A stretch of 64,000 nt of DNA from Lingula anatina (GCA_051362555.1 CM120648.1:13698587-13762586), one strand, 5' to 3'; shown: positions 12,291 to 25,000, numbered from the stretch's first letter. Numbers and translations are program-made. The notes: a model not told the origin generated them from the letters alone.

Positions 12291-12416
12291 AGATACTGAA
12301 GATGAAAGAAAATATAGTTTTATTTATAAACATAACAGTTAATTATCATAAAATAGCTCTGTTTTCTGTTTCTGGTCCAAGGATCAAGTGGTTGTGAATT
12401 TGACAAAAGATAACAG

Positions 12417-12438
12417 GAGAGAGAGAGAGAGAGAGAGA
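12417..12438. repeat. (GA)n microsatellite
   Basis: Pure GA run. Confidence 0.92.
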
Positions 12439-13679
12439 TTACACTCTAGATATCAGAGTCACACATGGAGTTTTCACTAGATAGTCACACATATAAATAA
12501 ACTGTGAAGATGTCTTTGATAATTTTTAAAGAATGATTCCTGTTTATGATTTGAACGCAAAGGACGACAGCGTTTGTTATGTTATGTAAAAGCAGTATTG
12601 GCGACAGCTACCATCTGAGTCCTCATGGGGGTCGAACTCTCAACACGGAGATGAGTTGTATAGATTAATAACAATAACATTTTGCCATTCTCGCTCTTTC
12701 TTTGGTGAGTTTTTCAATGCCCACGAAAACTTTTGCATAAGTTAGCTCAGCACCTGTGCTAATCATATTTAAAAAAAAAAAAAAAATACAAAATGCGGAC
12801 TTAATTTTAAAACTTCGTTACTGTCGCTCGTAACACCACCTCACGTTCACCTATTAGCTTATTTTCAATAATGTAGAAAATTAGGAACAAACATCTCAGA
12901 AAATGTCTAGAATGTTTATCTTAAATAAGGCAATAAATGGCTTGCAGCTACTTTTGGGTGTCGCCTGGCTTTTAAAAACAGGCAAATCCTTCGTGTCGTC
13001 TTTTTGCTGCAGATCATTAATATTCCCTGTTTGATGCCTTTCAAATATTTTAGCCATTAATAAAATCTCCATTTTAGTTAAAAACAATGATTGTAGGTCC
13101 CACTGGGTATTGTCATTACCCATGAAAGCCACTTTACATTCCCTGAGATGTTCGCAACGTTTTTATTAATAAGAGTCATCCGTAAAGCACCCATTCCTGT
13201 TACTCGTGAATGCGGGTTTTTATCCCTCGTCCCTAGTGAAAAGAAGTCTTTGTACTCGGGTGAAAGTTATTTTTAGCTCGTCTGACTGGTATTTTCAAGG
13301 AGATATTAATGAACTTTTAAAATAATTTTGTGATTTGTAATTTGATGATTTTATTTCCCGATGTCTTGAACGCAGTCTATAAAAGTAATGTACAAGTAGG
13401 CAAAAATCGACTTTCAAACACATTTAGTATACTTTTAAAGTAATTACTCTAAATGTAAAAGTCCTTAAATGCTCCATTTGTTTATAATTTGAAATTGAGC
13501 GTTGTGTTGGCACAGCTGAGATCCAGCAAAAGTTTAAGCAAATAAATAAACAAATAAATAGATAAAATAGATAAATAATAAAAAAAAGTAAAATAAAAAG
13601 AATATATAATTACCTTTTTATGTGACACTTATATAATTAATCAATATTTAAACGAAAAATCAAAAGATATAATAACTTG

Positions 13680-13939
13680 GGACGCAGAGTGAAACTGCAG
13701 CGCGCTTCAATGTGACCGGATGTGCCGAGATGTGACCGAGTATTCACTGCGGGTTTTCTTTGACCTACTTAGTCTACATACTTCTGCGGAGCGGTGAAAC
13801 TTTATGAAATAACGTTATACCAAGGACAAGATATATTTACGAGTAACCATTAAGTTTGATCTGGAGCTGTAGGACATTCCACGATCCCTGCATCCCTTTT
13901 AATGCATACAAAGACATTCTTGATGACAGAAGGGTAAGT
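13680..13939 (+). promoter_or_regulatory. Candidate promoter / first exon ending in a consensus 5' splice site
   Basis: Local CpG cluster (13680-13800) with three tandem ATGTG(A)CCG motifs, including ETS-like CCGGATGT. It follows an A-rich tract and ends at AGG|GTAAGT (GT at 13934). Downstream non-TE sequence is CpG-poor. Confidence 0.35.
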
Positions 13940-14645
13940 ACTTTGTTGTAGCAATACTGTTGGTAGGTATATCAGAATGCTCTAGAGGTGCCACAGTCAA
14001 TCATGTCCTGCAGCAGCACTGGCTCGCCTGTGACCAGCCAGCACTGAGGCGCCTCGTTTAACAACCTATACAAAAATCTTCTACGCCTAAATTTTAATAC
14101 TGAAAATAATGAAAGTATAGAACATTTGTAATCATATGCAACAAACCCCATGAAACTTGATCAAGGAAGTATATTTTTAGTTGGCACAAAAGCGCTCAGT
14201 GATCACAGCTTTCTGGCTAAAATGAGAGGACACTTTTGCCCTAATATCCATATTTAAAATACTGTAACATTTCCTTTAATTTTACAGATAATATCATATT
14301 TCAAAAGTATAACATTCTGGATAAAAAGACCTTTCAGAAGATAAAACTTGTGTTTATATCTGGCACATTCTAATGTTTTCTGATATATATACCTACTGTT
14401 GGAACTCTTTGGTTGTAGTGATCTGGTACCTGAAGTCTTGAGAATTGAAAGCCAGAGTTGGGTTGGTTTTCAAGGGAAATAAAAAAAGAAGAAAGAGAGA
14501 TGAAGCTGCAGAGACAAGAGATAGAGGATAGGCAAAGGGATCTGATGATCCTAGGGTTATAATTTAGTGTCATACAGTAGATCTGGATTCCTGGAAAAAT
14601 CTGAGGTAATTTAAACATCAGAAGGGTCTTTATCTCTCTATATAA

Positions 14646-15113
14646 GGCTCCGTTCACAATCTATTTTCTAAAAATCTTTTTTTGGTATCTTGTGATCACG
14701 GTCTGTGCCCTGGATGCCCCGTGGCGTAATTACTGGCAGCGCGAGCGAGTTACTTCCAAAGCTGTAATTAATTCTTGGCTGTGCTCAGAGGAGATGCTGA
14801 TACCTTGACGCAGGTGCAGTAGGAAGTTACTCCAACTTGTTTTGCACTACCACTAGCCATATTACACGTCTGTATGCTTGAGTCGTCACAACTAAACTGA
14901 TGAACTTCACAGCTTAGAGATACAACTGCGCATGCGTCAAGGTATCAGAATCTCCTCCGAGCGCAGCCAAGAATTAATTACAGTTTTGGAAGTAACTCGC
15001 TCGCGCTGCCAGTAATTACGCCGCGGGGTATTCAGGGCACAGACCATGATCACAAGATACCAAAAATAGATTTTTAGATTTTTAGAAAATAGATTTTCCA
15101 TGTGAAGGGAGCC
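14646..15113. mobile_element. 468-bp foldback MITE, PIF/Harbinger (Tourist)-like
   Basis: TAA|GGCTCCGTTCACA ... TGTGAAGGGAGCC|TAA (3-bp TAA TSD); the arms stay complementary for about 175 bp (14646-14820 versus ~14925-15113). Confidence 0.92.
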
Positions 15114-15519
15114 TAAGCCTCCAACTGGAGTGTAGTAATGGCGTTGCATGTTCGGAATTCATTCATATGTGCCCTGCAAGTATAACAACACATTACAATG
15201 TTGCATCAGGACTGCACCATTCCTGCATTGGATATACTGTTGTGCCTCATTTTGAAGCATGCTGGGCCAACTAAAGATGCAATATTACAGCAGATGTCCT
15301 TTAAAATTGGGTTAAGAGTGCCAATCTAAAATGGAATAATGATCATTTCTGTTTTTCACTTATCAGTTACTCAGCATACATCCTGAGTGAACCCATATTG
15401 TTTTTCGATACAAGTAGATTTTTTGGTTTAAAATATGGGTGTTAGTGCTAAAAGATCTGCAAGGAGTGTTAGTAAATGCCTAATCTGTTTAAGACTGGGT
15501 TCCCATGCCTAGAACGATC

Positions 15520-15727
15520 TAACAGGATCGATCCATCTCCAAGGGGTTTCTTGTTAAATTGCTTCCAGCTCAAGTGGCTTAGATGTCTGGCATGCCTACT
15601 GAAGCTGCTAAACGATAGTTTATAATTACCCCCTAGCGGCTTCAGTAAGCATGACAGACATTTAAGCCGATTAAGTTGATAACAACTTAGCGAAAAAACC
15701 CCTCTGAGATAGAACGATCCACAGTTA
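15520..15727. repeat. Decayed foldback inverted repeat (~90-bp arms, ~22-nt loop), probably an old MITE
   Basis: GGCTTAGATGTCTGGCATGCCTACTGAAGCTGCTA pairs with TAGCGGCTTCAGTAAGCATGACAGACATTTAAGCC; pairing extends outward to GGATCG (15525) / CGATCC (15720). Confidence 0.85.
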
Positions 15728-15954
15728 CTACTATAGGGTCTGGGAATGGTCCCTATAAGGCCTGGGTCACAATTGTTCCCAGCTGCCTCCAAAACCTATT
15801 TAAACTTGTCTCAGTTCAGTTCAGTCACAGCAACTATGATGTCTGCCATATAAGATGGCATTTGGGAGTATATTGTAGTTTTAATATTCTGCTGGCATTG
15901 GTGGACTGTAAGGGTTCTATCTTTTTATTAAGATAATTGGTGTCTCTTGATTAA

Positions 15955-16050
15955 TATAATGTCTCTCTTTTCAGCTCCAGACTCCATACAGCAGAGACTG
16001 TATTAAAGAGACAGTTCAATCAGTTATATGTAATCAAGATGAAGGTGAAT
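15955..16050 (+). other. Candidate small internal exon (acceptor 15974, possible donor 16045)
   Basis: GTCTCTCTTTTCAG| polypyrimidine acceptor; weak AAG|GTGAAT donor 70 nt later. Motif evidence only. Confidence 0.25.
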
Positions 16051-16851
16051 GGTTGTCCCGAAAAAAGATAATTTCTATGTTATCAGGATGAAGGCAGATC
16101 GCTGTCCTGAAAAAAAAATTATCTGAGATAATTTGTATGTAATCAGGATGAAGGCGGATCGCTGTCCTGAGGAGAAAAAAAAGTAATCTGAAATAATTTA
16201 TATTTAATCAGGAAGAAGGTGGATGGCTGTCCTAAAAAAAGTAATCTGAGATAATTTTTACGTAATCAGGATGAAGGTGGATGGCTGTCCTAAAAGAAAT
16301 TAATCTGAAATAATTTCTACGTAATCAGGATGAAGGTGGATCACTGTCCTGAAAAAAAAAATCACAGATAATTTGTATGTAATCAGAATGAAGGCGGATC
16401 GCTGTCCTGAAAAAAAAAAAGTAATCTAAGATAATTTCTATTTAATCAGTATGAGGGCAGGTCGCTGTCCTGAAAAAAAGTAATCTCAGATAATTTCTAT
16501 GTAATCAGGATGAAGGCGGATCGCTGTCCTGAGGAGAAAAAAAGTAATCTGAGATTATTTATATGTAATCAGAATGAAGGCTGATTGCTGTCCTGAGGAG
16601 AAAAAAGTAATCTGAGATAATTTCTATGGTATCAGGATGAAGGCGGATCGCTGTCCTGAGGAGAAAAAAAGTAATCTGAGATAATTTCTATGCAATCAGG
16701 ATGAAGGCGGATCACTGTCCTGAGGAGAAAAAAAGTAATCTGACATAATTTCTTATGTAATTAGGATGAAGGCGGATTGCTGTCCTGAGGAGAAAAAAAG
16801 TAATCTGAGATAATTTCTATGTAATCAGGATGAAGGTGGATTGCTGTCCTC
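16025..16851 (+). repeat. ~60-bp minisatellite, ~14 copies
   Basis: Unit A(n)GTAATCTGAGATAATTTCTATGTAATCAGGATGAAGGCGGATCGCTGTCCTGA(GGAG); period mostly 58-65 bp, varying with the A-run. Confidence 0.96.
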
Positions 16852-18499
16852 ACTATGACAGAGGAAAAATAGTGGAAAGGGAATTTTGGCTTGTATGTTT
16901 GGTTGCACTTCCCTTATATCTTGGGCACTATTAAGTCTCCCCTTAATGTTCTGTAGGATTTGAAGAGTAAGAGTTGGTACAGTTTATTATTATGATCACT
17001 CTTGAAATAGCACTTAAAGCTGTAGGCAGATTAATATATATACCCTGTACACTGTAAACCATGGTTTGCTTAAATTGTTGTTAACTCCTGAACTGACACC
17101 TACATACAGATCCATCCTCAGTGACTAAATGAAAGCAATTGCTAAGCTTTTCTCATATTTTTACTGTTGTGAGCCATCATTTGTGCAGATTTTACAAAAA
17201 TTGGAATAGATTTGTCAAAATTATTAATATTTAACTATTTTAAGCCTTGGAATTTGCCAATGTTTTCAATGTAATTTTCGGTTTTCTCAAATATATTGTG
17301 CAAAAAATCACTTTCATTACACGCAGTCAGTTGATAATCTTATCTCAGATTTTTACATTTATTAGGCATCATTTACACAAATTTCACAAACATTAGACCA
17401 GATTTGTCAAAATTATTTACATTTAACTATTTTATTCCATGGAATTTTCCCTTTTTCCAGGTAAACCTTCCATTGCAGCCTTGTGGCTTCTTGGTTGACA
17501 GACTCTACCTGTCTCTTCATGGCTAATGCCTATACAAAAAAAACAGGCATTGAAAGACAACATGAAGAGCAGTGCTATGTCTCATCCATGTGTGCAATAC
17601 ATGATATGTGGCAAGATTAAGGACATGGTCAAATGGTGTGCTAACAGCCCGATTCCAGAAACCCACTGTAAGGATGAGTCTGCATCTGGTATTGGTAGTA
17701 AGGAGAAGTCTTGATTGGGTATATGTTGTATGTCAGAAGACGATAATAGGTAATTTGCCACTTCCTACACAAACAAACACAAGTCATCACATTTGTTGTT
17801 TTATTTGAGATAAAATGATTTATTGGAATATTGAAATATTTGTTTTTGTAAGTTCTCACTCTTCCGATAGGAATTGGCCATAAAATACACTTAAATTAGA
17901 CACCCGTGACGTGATAAGTTTTTCTCAGATTTTTATTGTTGTAAAGCATCATTTGTACAAATTTCACAAAGATTGGGCTAGATTTGTCAAAATTATTAAT
18001 GTTTAACTATTTTAAGTTGTGCAATTTCCATTGTTTTCAATGTAAGTTTTAGTTTTCTGGAATATATTGTGTGAAAAAGTCCATTTCATTAGACACAGGA
18101 AACTGATAATGTTATCCCAGATTATTACAGTTGTTAAGCATCATTTGTCCAAATTTCACAGACATTAGACCACATTTGTCAAAATTATTAACATTTAACT
18201 ATTTTAATCCATGGAATTTGCCATTGTTTTCAACATAATATTTTGGTTTTCTCAAATATGTTGTGCAAAAAATCACTTTCATTACACGCAGTCAATTGAT
18301 AATCTTATCTCAAATTTTTACATTTATTAGGCATCATTTACACAAATTTCACAAAGATTGGACAAGATTTGTCAAAATTATTAACATTTAACTATTTTAT
18401 TCCATGGAATTTTCCCTTTTTCCAGGTAAGTCTTCCATTGCAGCCTTGTGGCTTCTTGGTTGACAGACTCTACCTGTCTCTTCATGGCTAATGTCTATA

Positions 18500-21400
18500 G
18501 AAAAAACAGGCATTGAAAGACAACATGAAGAGCAGTGCTATGTCTCATCCATGTGTGCAATACATGATATGTGGCAAGATTAAGGACATGGTCAAATGGT
18601 GTGCTAACAGTCTGATTCCAGAAACCCACTGTAAGGATGAGTCTGCATCTGGTATTGGTAGTAAGGAGAAGTCTTGATTGGGTATATGTTGTTTTTCAGA
18701 GAACAATAATAGGTAATTTGCCACTTCCTACACAAACAAACACAAGTCATCACATTTCATGTTTTATTTGAGATAAAATGTTGTATTGGAATATTGAATT
18801 ATTTGTTTTCGTAAGTTCTCACTCCTCTGATATGAGTTGGCCATAAAATACACTTAAATTAAACACAGGGATGTGATAATTTTTTCTCTGATTTTTATTG
18901 TTGTAAACCATCATTTGTACATGTTTCACAAAGATTGGACCACATTTGTCAAAATTATTAACGTTTAACTATTTTGATCCATGGAATTTGCCATTGTTTT
19001 CAATGTAATTTTTAGTTTTCTGAAATATATTGTCCGAAAAATAGTTTTGATTACACACAGTCAACTGATAATCTTATTTCAGATTTTTATTGTTATTAGG
19101 CATCATTTATACAAATTTCACAAACATTGGACCAGATTTGTGAAAATTATTAACATTTAACTATTTTATTCCATGGAATTTGCCCTTTTTCCAGGTAAAC
19201 CTTCCATTGCAGCCTTGTGGCTTCTTGGTTGACAGACTCTTCCTGTCTCTTTATGGCTAATGCCTATAGAAAAAACAGGCATTGAAAGACAACATCAGGA
19301 GCAGTGCTCTGTCTCATCCATATGTACAATTCATGATATTTGGGAAGATTTAGGACATGGTCAAATGGTGTGCTAACAGTCCGATTCCAGAAACCCACTG
19401 AAGGATGAGTCTGCATCTGGTATTGGTAGTAAGGAGAAGTCTTGATTGGGTATATGTTGTATGTCAGAAGACAATAAAAGGTAATTTGCCACTTCCTACA
19501 CAAACAAACACAAGTCATCACATTTGTTGTTTTATTTGAGATAAAATGATTTATTGGAATATTGAAATATTTGTTTTTGTAAGTTTTCACTCTTCCACTA
19601 TAAATGGCCATAAAATACACTTAAATTAGACACCCGTGACGTGATAAGTTTTTGTCAGATTTTAATTGTTGTAAAGCATCATTTGTACAAATTTCACAAA
19701 GATTGGACTACATTTATCAAAATTATTAACGTTTAACAATTTTGATCCATGGAATTTGCCATTGTTTTCAACGTAATTTTTAGTTTTCTTAAATATATTA
19801 TGCGAAAAAATGCATTTCATTAGACACAGGCAATTGATAATCTTATCTCAGTTTATTACAGTTGTTAAGCATCATTTGTACAAATATCACAAACATTAGA
19901 CCACATTTGTCAAAACTATTAACATTTAACTATTTTTATCCATGGGATTTGCCATTGTTTTCAAGGTAATTTTTAGTTTTCTGAAATATATTGTCCGAAA
20001 AATAGTTTTGATTACACACAGTCAACTGATAATCTTATCTCAGATTTTTATTGTTATTAGGCATCATTTATACAAATTTCACAAACACTGGACCAGATTT
20101 GTGAAAATTATTAACATTTAACTATTTTATTCCATGGAATTTTCCCTTTTTCCAGGTAAACCTTCCATTGCAACCTTGTGGCTTCTTGGTTGACAGACTC
20201 TTCCTGTCTCTTCATTGCTAATGCCTATAGAAAAAACGGGCATTGAAAGACAACATGAAGAGCAGTGTTATATCTCATCCATGTGTGCAATACATGATAT
20301 GTGGCAAGATTTAGGACATGGTCAAATGGTGTGCTAACAGTCCGATTCCAGAAACCCACGGTAAGGATGTGTCTGCATCTGGTATTGGTAGTAAAGAGAA
20401 GTCTTGATTGGGTATATGTTGTTTTTCAGAGAACAATAATAGGTTATTAACCACTTCCTACACAAACCAACACAAGTCATCACATTTGTTGTTTTATTAG
20501 AGATAAAATTATTTATTGAAATATTGAAATATTTGTTTTTCGTAAGTTCTCACTCTTCTGATATGAATTGACAATTAAATACACTTAAATTAAACACAGG
20601 GATGTGATAATTTTTTCTATGATTTTTATTGTTGTAAACCATCATTTGTACATGTTTCACAAAGATTGGACCACATTTGTCAAAATTATTAACGTTTAAC
20701 TATTTTGATCCATGGAATTTGCCATTGTTTTCAATGTAATTTTTAGTTTTCTGAAATATATTGTCCGAAAAATAGTTTTGATTACACACAGTCAACTGAT
20801 AATCTTATTTCAGATTTTTATTGTTATTAGGCATCATTTATACAAATTTCACAAACATTGGACCAGATTTGTGAAAATTATTAACATTTAACTATTTTAT
20901 TCCATGGAATTTGCCCTTTTTCCAGGTAAACCTTCCATTGCAGCCTTGTGGCTTCTTGGTTGACAGACTCTTCCTGTCTCTTTATGGCTAATGCCTATAG
21001 AAAAAACAGGCATTGAAAGACAACATCAGGAGCAGTGCTCTGTCTCATCCATATGTACAATTCATGATATTTGGGAAGATTTAGGACATGGTCAAATGGT
21101 GTGCTAACAGTCCGATTCCAGAAACCCACTGAAGGATGAGTCTGCATCTGGTATTGGTAGTAAGGAGAAGTCTTGATTGGGTATATGTTGTATGTCAGAA
21201 GACAATAAAAGGTAATTTGCCACTTCCTACACAAACAAACACAAGTCATCACATTTGTTGTTTTATTTGAGATAAAATGATTTATTGGAATATTGAAATA
21301 TTTGTTTTTGTAAGTTTTCACTCTTTCACTATAAATGGCCATAAAATACACTTAAATTAGACACCCGTGACGTGATAAGTTTTTGTTAGATTTTAATTGT

Positions 21401-22050
21401 TGTAAAGCATCATTTGTACAAATTTCACAAAGATTGGACTACATTTATCAAAATTATTAACGTTTAACAAATTTGATCCATGGAATTTGCCATTGTTTTC
21501 AACGTAATTTTTAGTTTTCTTAAATATATTATGCGAAAAAATGCATTTCATTAGACACAGGCAATTGATAATCTTATCTCAGATTATTACAGTTGTTAAG
21601 CATCATTTGTACAAATATCACAAACATTAGACCACATTTGTCAAAACTATTAACATTTAACTATTTTTATCCATGGGATTTGCCATTGTTTTCAAGGTAA
21701 TTTTTAGTTTTCTGAAATATATTGTCCGAAAAATAGTTTTGATTACACACAGTTAACTGATAATCTTATCTCAGATTTTTATTGTTATTAGGCATCATTT
21801 ATACAAATTTCACAAACATTGGACCAGATTTGTGAAAATTATTAACATTTAACTATTTTATTCCATGGAATTTTCCCTTTTTCCAGGTAAACCTTCCATT
21901 GCAACCTTGTGGCTTCTTGGTTGACAGACTCTTCCTGTCTCTTCATTGCTAATGCCTATAGAAAAAACAGGCATTGAAGAGCAGTGTTATATCTCATCCA
22001 TGTGTGCAATACATGATATGTGGCAAGATTTAGGACATGGTCAAATGGTG
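18500..22050 (+). repeat. 1731-bp dimeric higher-order repeat (961+770) at the proximal array edge
   Basis: Acceptor anchors 19194/20925 and 20155/21886 are each 1731 bp apart; near-identical 118-aa ORF readouts at 19264 and 20995. Confidence 0.9.
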
Positions 22051-25000
22051 TGCTAACAGTCTGATTCCAGAAACCCACTGTAAGGATGAGTCTGCATCTG
22101 GTATTGGTAGTAAGGAGAAGTCTTGATTGGGTATATGTTGTTTTTCAGAGAACAATAATAGGTAATTTGCCAGTTCCTACACAAACCAACACAAGTCATC
22201 ACATATATTGTTTTATTTGAGATAAAATGATTTATTGTAATATTGAAATATTTGTTTTCGCAAGTTCCCACTCTTCTGATATGAATTGGCAATAAAATAC
22301 ATTTAAATTAAAAACAGGGATGTGATAACCTTTTCTCAGATTTTTATTGTTGCAAAGCATCATTTGTTCAAATTTCACAAAGATTGGACCACATTTGTGC
22401 AAATTATTAACGTTTAACTATTTTGATCCATGGAATTTGCCATTGTTTTCAATGTAATTTTTAGTTTTCTCGAATATATTGTCCGAAAAATGGTTTTCAT
22501 TACACACAGTCAACTGATAATCTTATCTCAGATTTTTATTGTTATTAGGCATCATTTATACCAATTTCATAAACATTGTACCAGATTTGTGAAAATTATT
22601 AACATTTAACTATTTTATTCCATGGAATTTTTCCTTTTTCCAGGTAAACCTTCCATTGCAGCCTTGTGGCTTCTTGGTTGACAGACTCTTCCTGTCTCTT
22701 TATGGCTAATGCCTATAGAAAAAAACAGGCATTGAAAGACAACATCAGGAGCAGTGCTCTGTCTCATCCATGTGTGCAATACATGATATGTGGCAAGATT
22801 AAGGACATGGTCAAATGGTGTGCTAACAGCCCGATTCCAGAAACCCACTGTAAGGATGAGTCTGCATCTGGTATTGGTAGTAAGGAGAAGTCTTGATTGG
22901 GTATATGTTGTATGTCAGAAGACGATAATAGGTAATTTGCCACTTCCTACACAAACAAACACAAGTCATCACATTTGTTGTTTTATTTGAGATAAAATGA
23001 TTTATTGAAATATTGAAATATTTGTTTTTTTGTAAGTTCTCACTCTTCTCATATGAATTGGCAATAAAATACATTTAAATTATACACATGGATGTGATAA
23101 CCTTTTCTCAGATTTTTATTGTTGTAAAGCATCATTTGTTCAAATTTCACAAAGATTGGACCACATTTGTGCAAATTATTAACGTTTAACTATTTTGATC
23201 CATGGAATTTGTCATTGTTTTCAATGTAATTTTTAGTTTTCTCGAATATATTGTCCGAAAAATGGTTTTGATTACACACAGTCAACTGATAATCTTATCT
23301 CAGATTTTTATTGTTATTAGGCATTATTTATACCAATTTCATAAACATTGGACCAGATTTGTGAAAATTATTAACATTTAACTATTTTATTCCATGGAAT
23401 TTTTCCTTTTTCCAGGTAAACCTTCCATTGCAGCCTTGTGGCTTCTTGGTTGACAGACTCTTCCTGTCTCTTTATGGCTAATGCCTATAGAAAAAAACAG
23501 GCATTGAAAGACAACATCAGGAGCAGTGCTCTGTCTCATCCATGTGTGCAATACATGATATGTGGCAAGATTAAGGACATGGTCAAATGGTGTGCTAACA
23601 GTCCAATTCCAGAAACCCACTGTAAGGATGAGTCTGCATCTGGTATTGGTAGTAAGGAGAAGTCTTGATTGGGTATATGTTGTTTTTCAGAGAACAATAA
23701 TAGGTAATTTGCCAGTTCCTACACAAACCAACACAAGTCATCACATATATTGTTTTATTTGAGATAAAATGATTTATTGTAATATTGAAATATTTGTTTT
23801 CGTAAGTTCCCACTCTTCTGATATGAATTGGCAATAAAATACATTTAAATTAAAAACAGGGATGTGATAAGCTTTTATCAGATTTTTATTGTTGTAAAGC
23901 ATCATTTGTACCAATTTTACAAAGATTGGACCACATTTGTCCAAATTATTAACGTTTAACTATTTTGATCCATGGAATTTGCCATTGTTTTCAATGTAAT
24001 TTTTAGTTTTCTCAAATATATTGTCCGAAAAATGGTTTCCATTACACACAGTCAACTGATAATCTTATCTCAGATTTTTATTGTTATTAGGCATCATTTA
24101 TACCAATTTCACAAACATTGGACCAGATTTGTGAAAATTATTAACATTTAACTATTTTATTCCATGGAATTTGCCCTTTTTCCAGGTAAACCTTCCATTG
24201 CAGCCTTGTGGCTTCTTGGTTGACAGACTCTTCCTGTCTCTTTATGGCTAATGCCTATAGAAAAAAAACAGGCATTGAAAGACAACATCAGGAGCAGTGC
24301 TCTGTCTCATCCATGTGTGCAATACATGATATGTGGCAAGATTAAGGACATGGTCAAATGGTGTGCTAACAGTCCGATTCCAGAAACCCACTGTAAGGAT
24401 GAGTCTGCATCTGGTATTGGTAGTAAGGAGAAGTCTTGATTGGGTATATGTTGTTTTTCAGAGAACAATAATAGGTAATTTGCCACTTCCTACATAAACA
24501 AACACAAGTCATCACATATATTGTTTTATTTGAGATAAAATGATTTATTGGAATATTGAAATATTTGTTTTCGTAAGTTCCCACTCTTCTGATATAAATT
24601 ATCAATAAAATACACTTAAATTAAACACAGGGATGTGATAACCTTTTCTCAGATTTTTATTGTTGTAAAGCATCATTTGTACAGATTTTACAAAGATTGG
24701 ACCACATTTGTCCAAATTATTAACATTTAACTATTTTGATCCATGGAATTTGCCATTGTTTTCAATGTAATTTTTAGTTTTCTTGAATATAATGTCCGAA
24801 AAATAGTTTTGATTACACACAGTCAACTGATAACCTTATCTCAGATTTTTATTGTTATTAGGCATCATTTATACCAATTTCACAAAGATTGGACCAGATT
24901 TGTGAAAATTATTAACATTTAACTATTTTATTCCATGGAATTTTTCCTTTTTCCAGGTAAACCTTCCATTGCAGCCTTGTGGCTTCTTGGTTGACAGACT

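Noticed and set aside
16025-16851. CRISPR array
   Set aside because: The whole unit repeats with no unique spacers; no cas genes; eukaryotic context.
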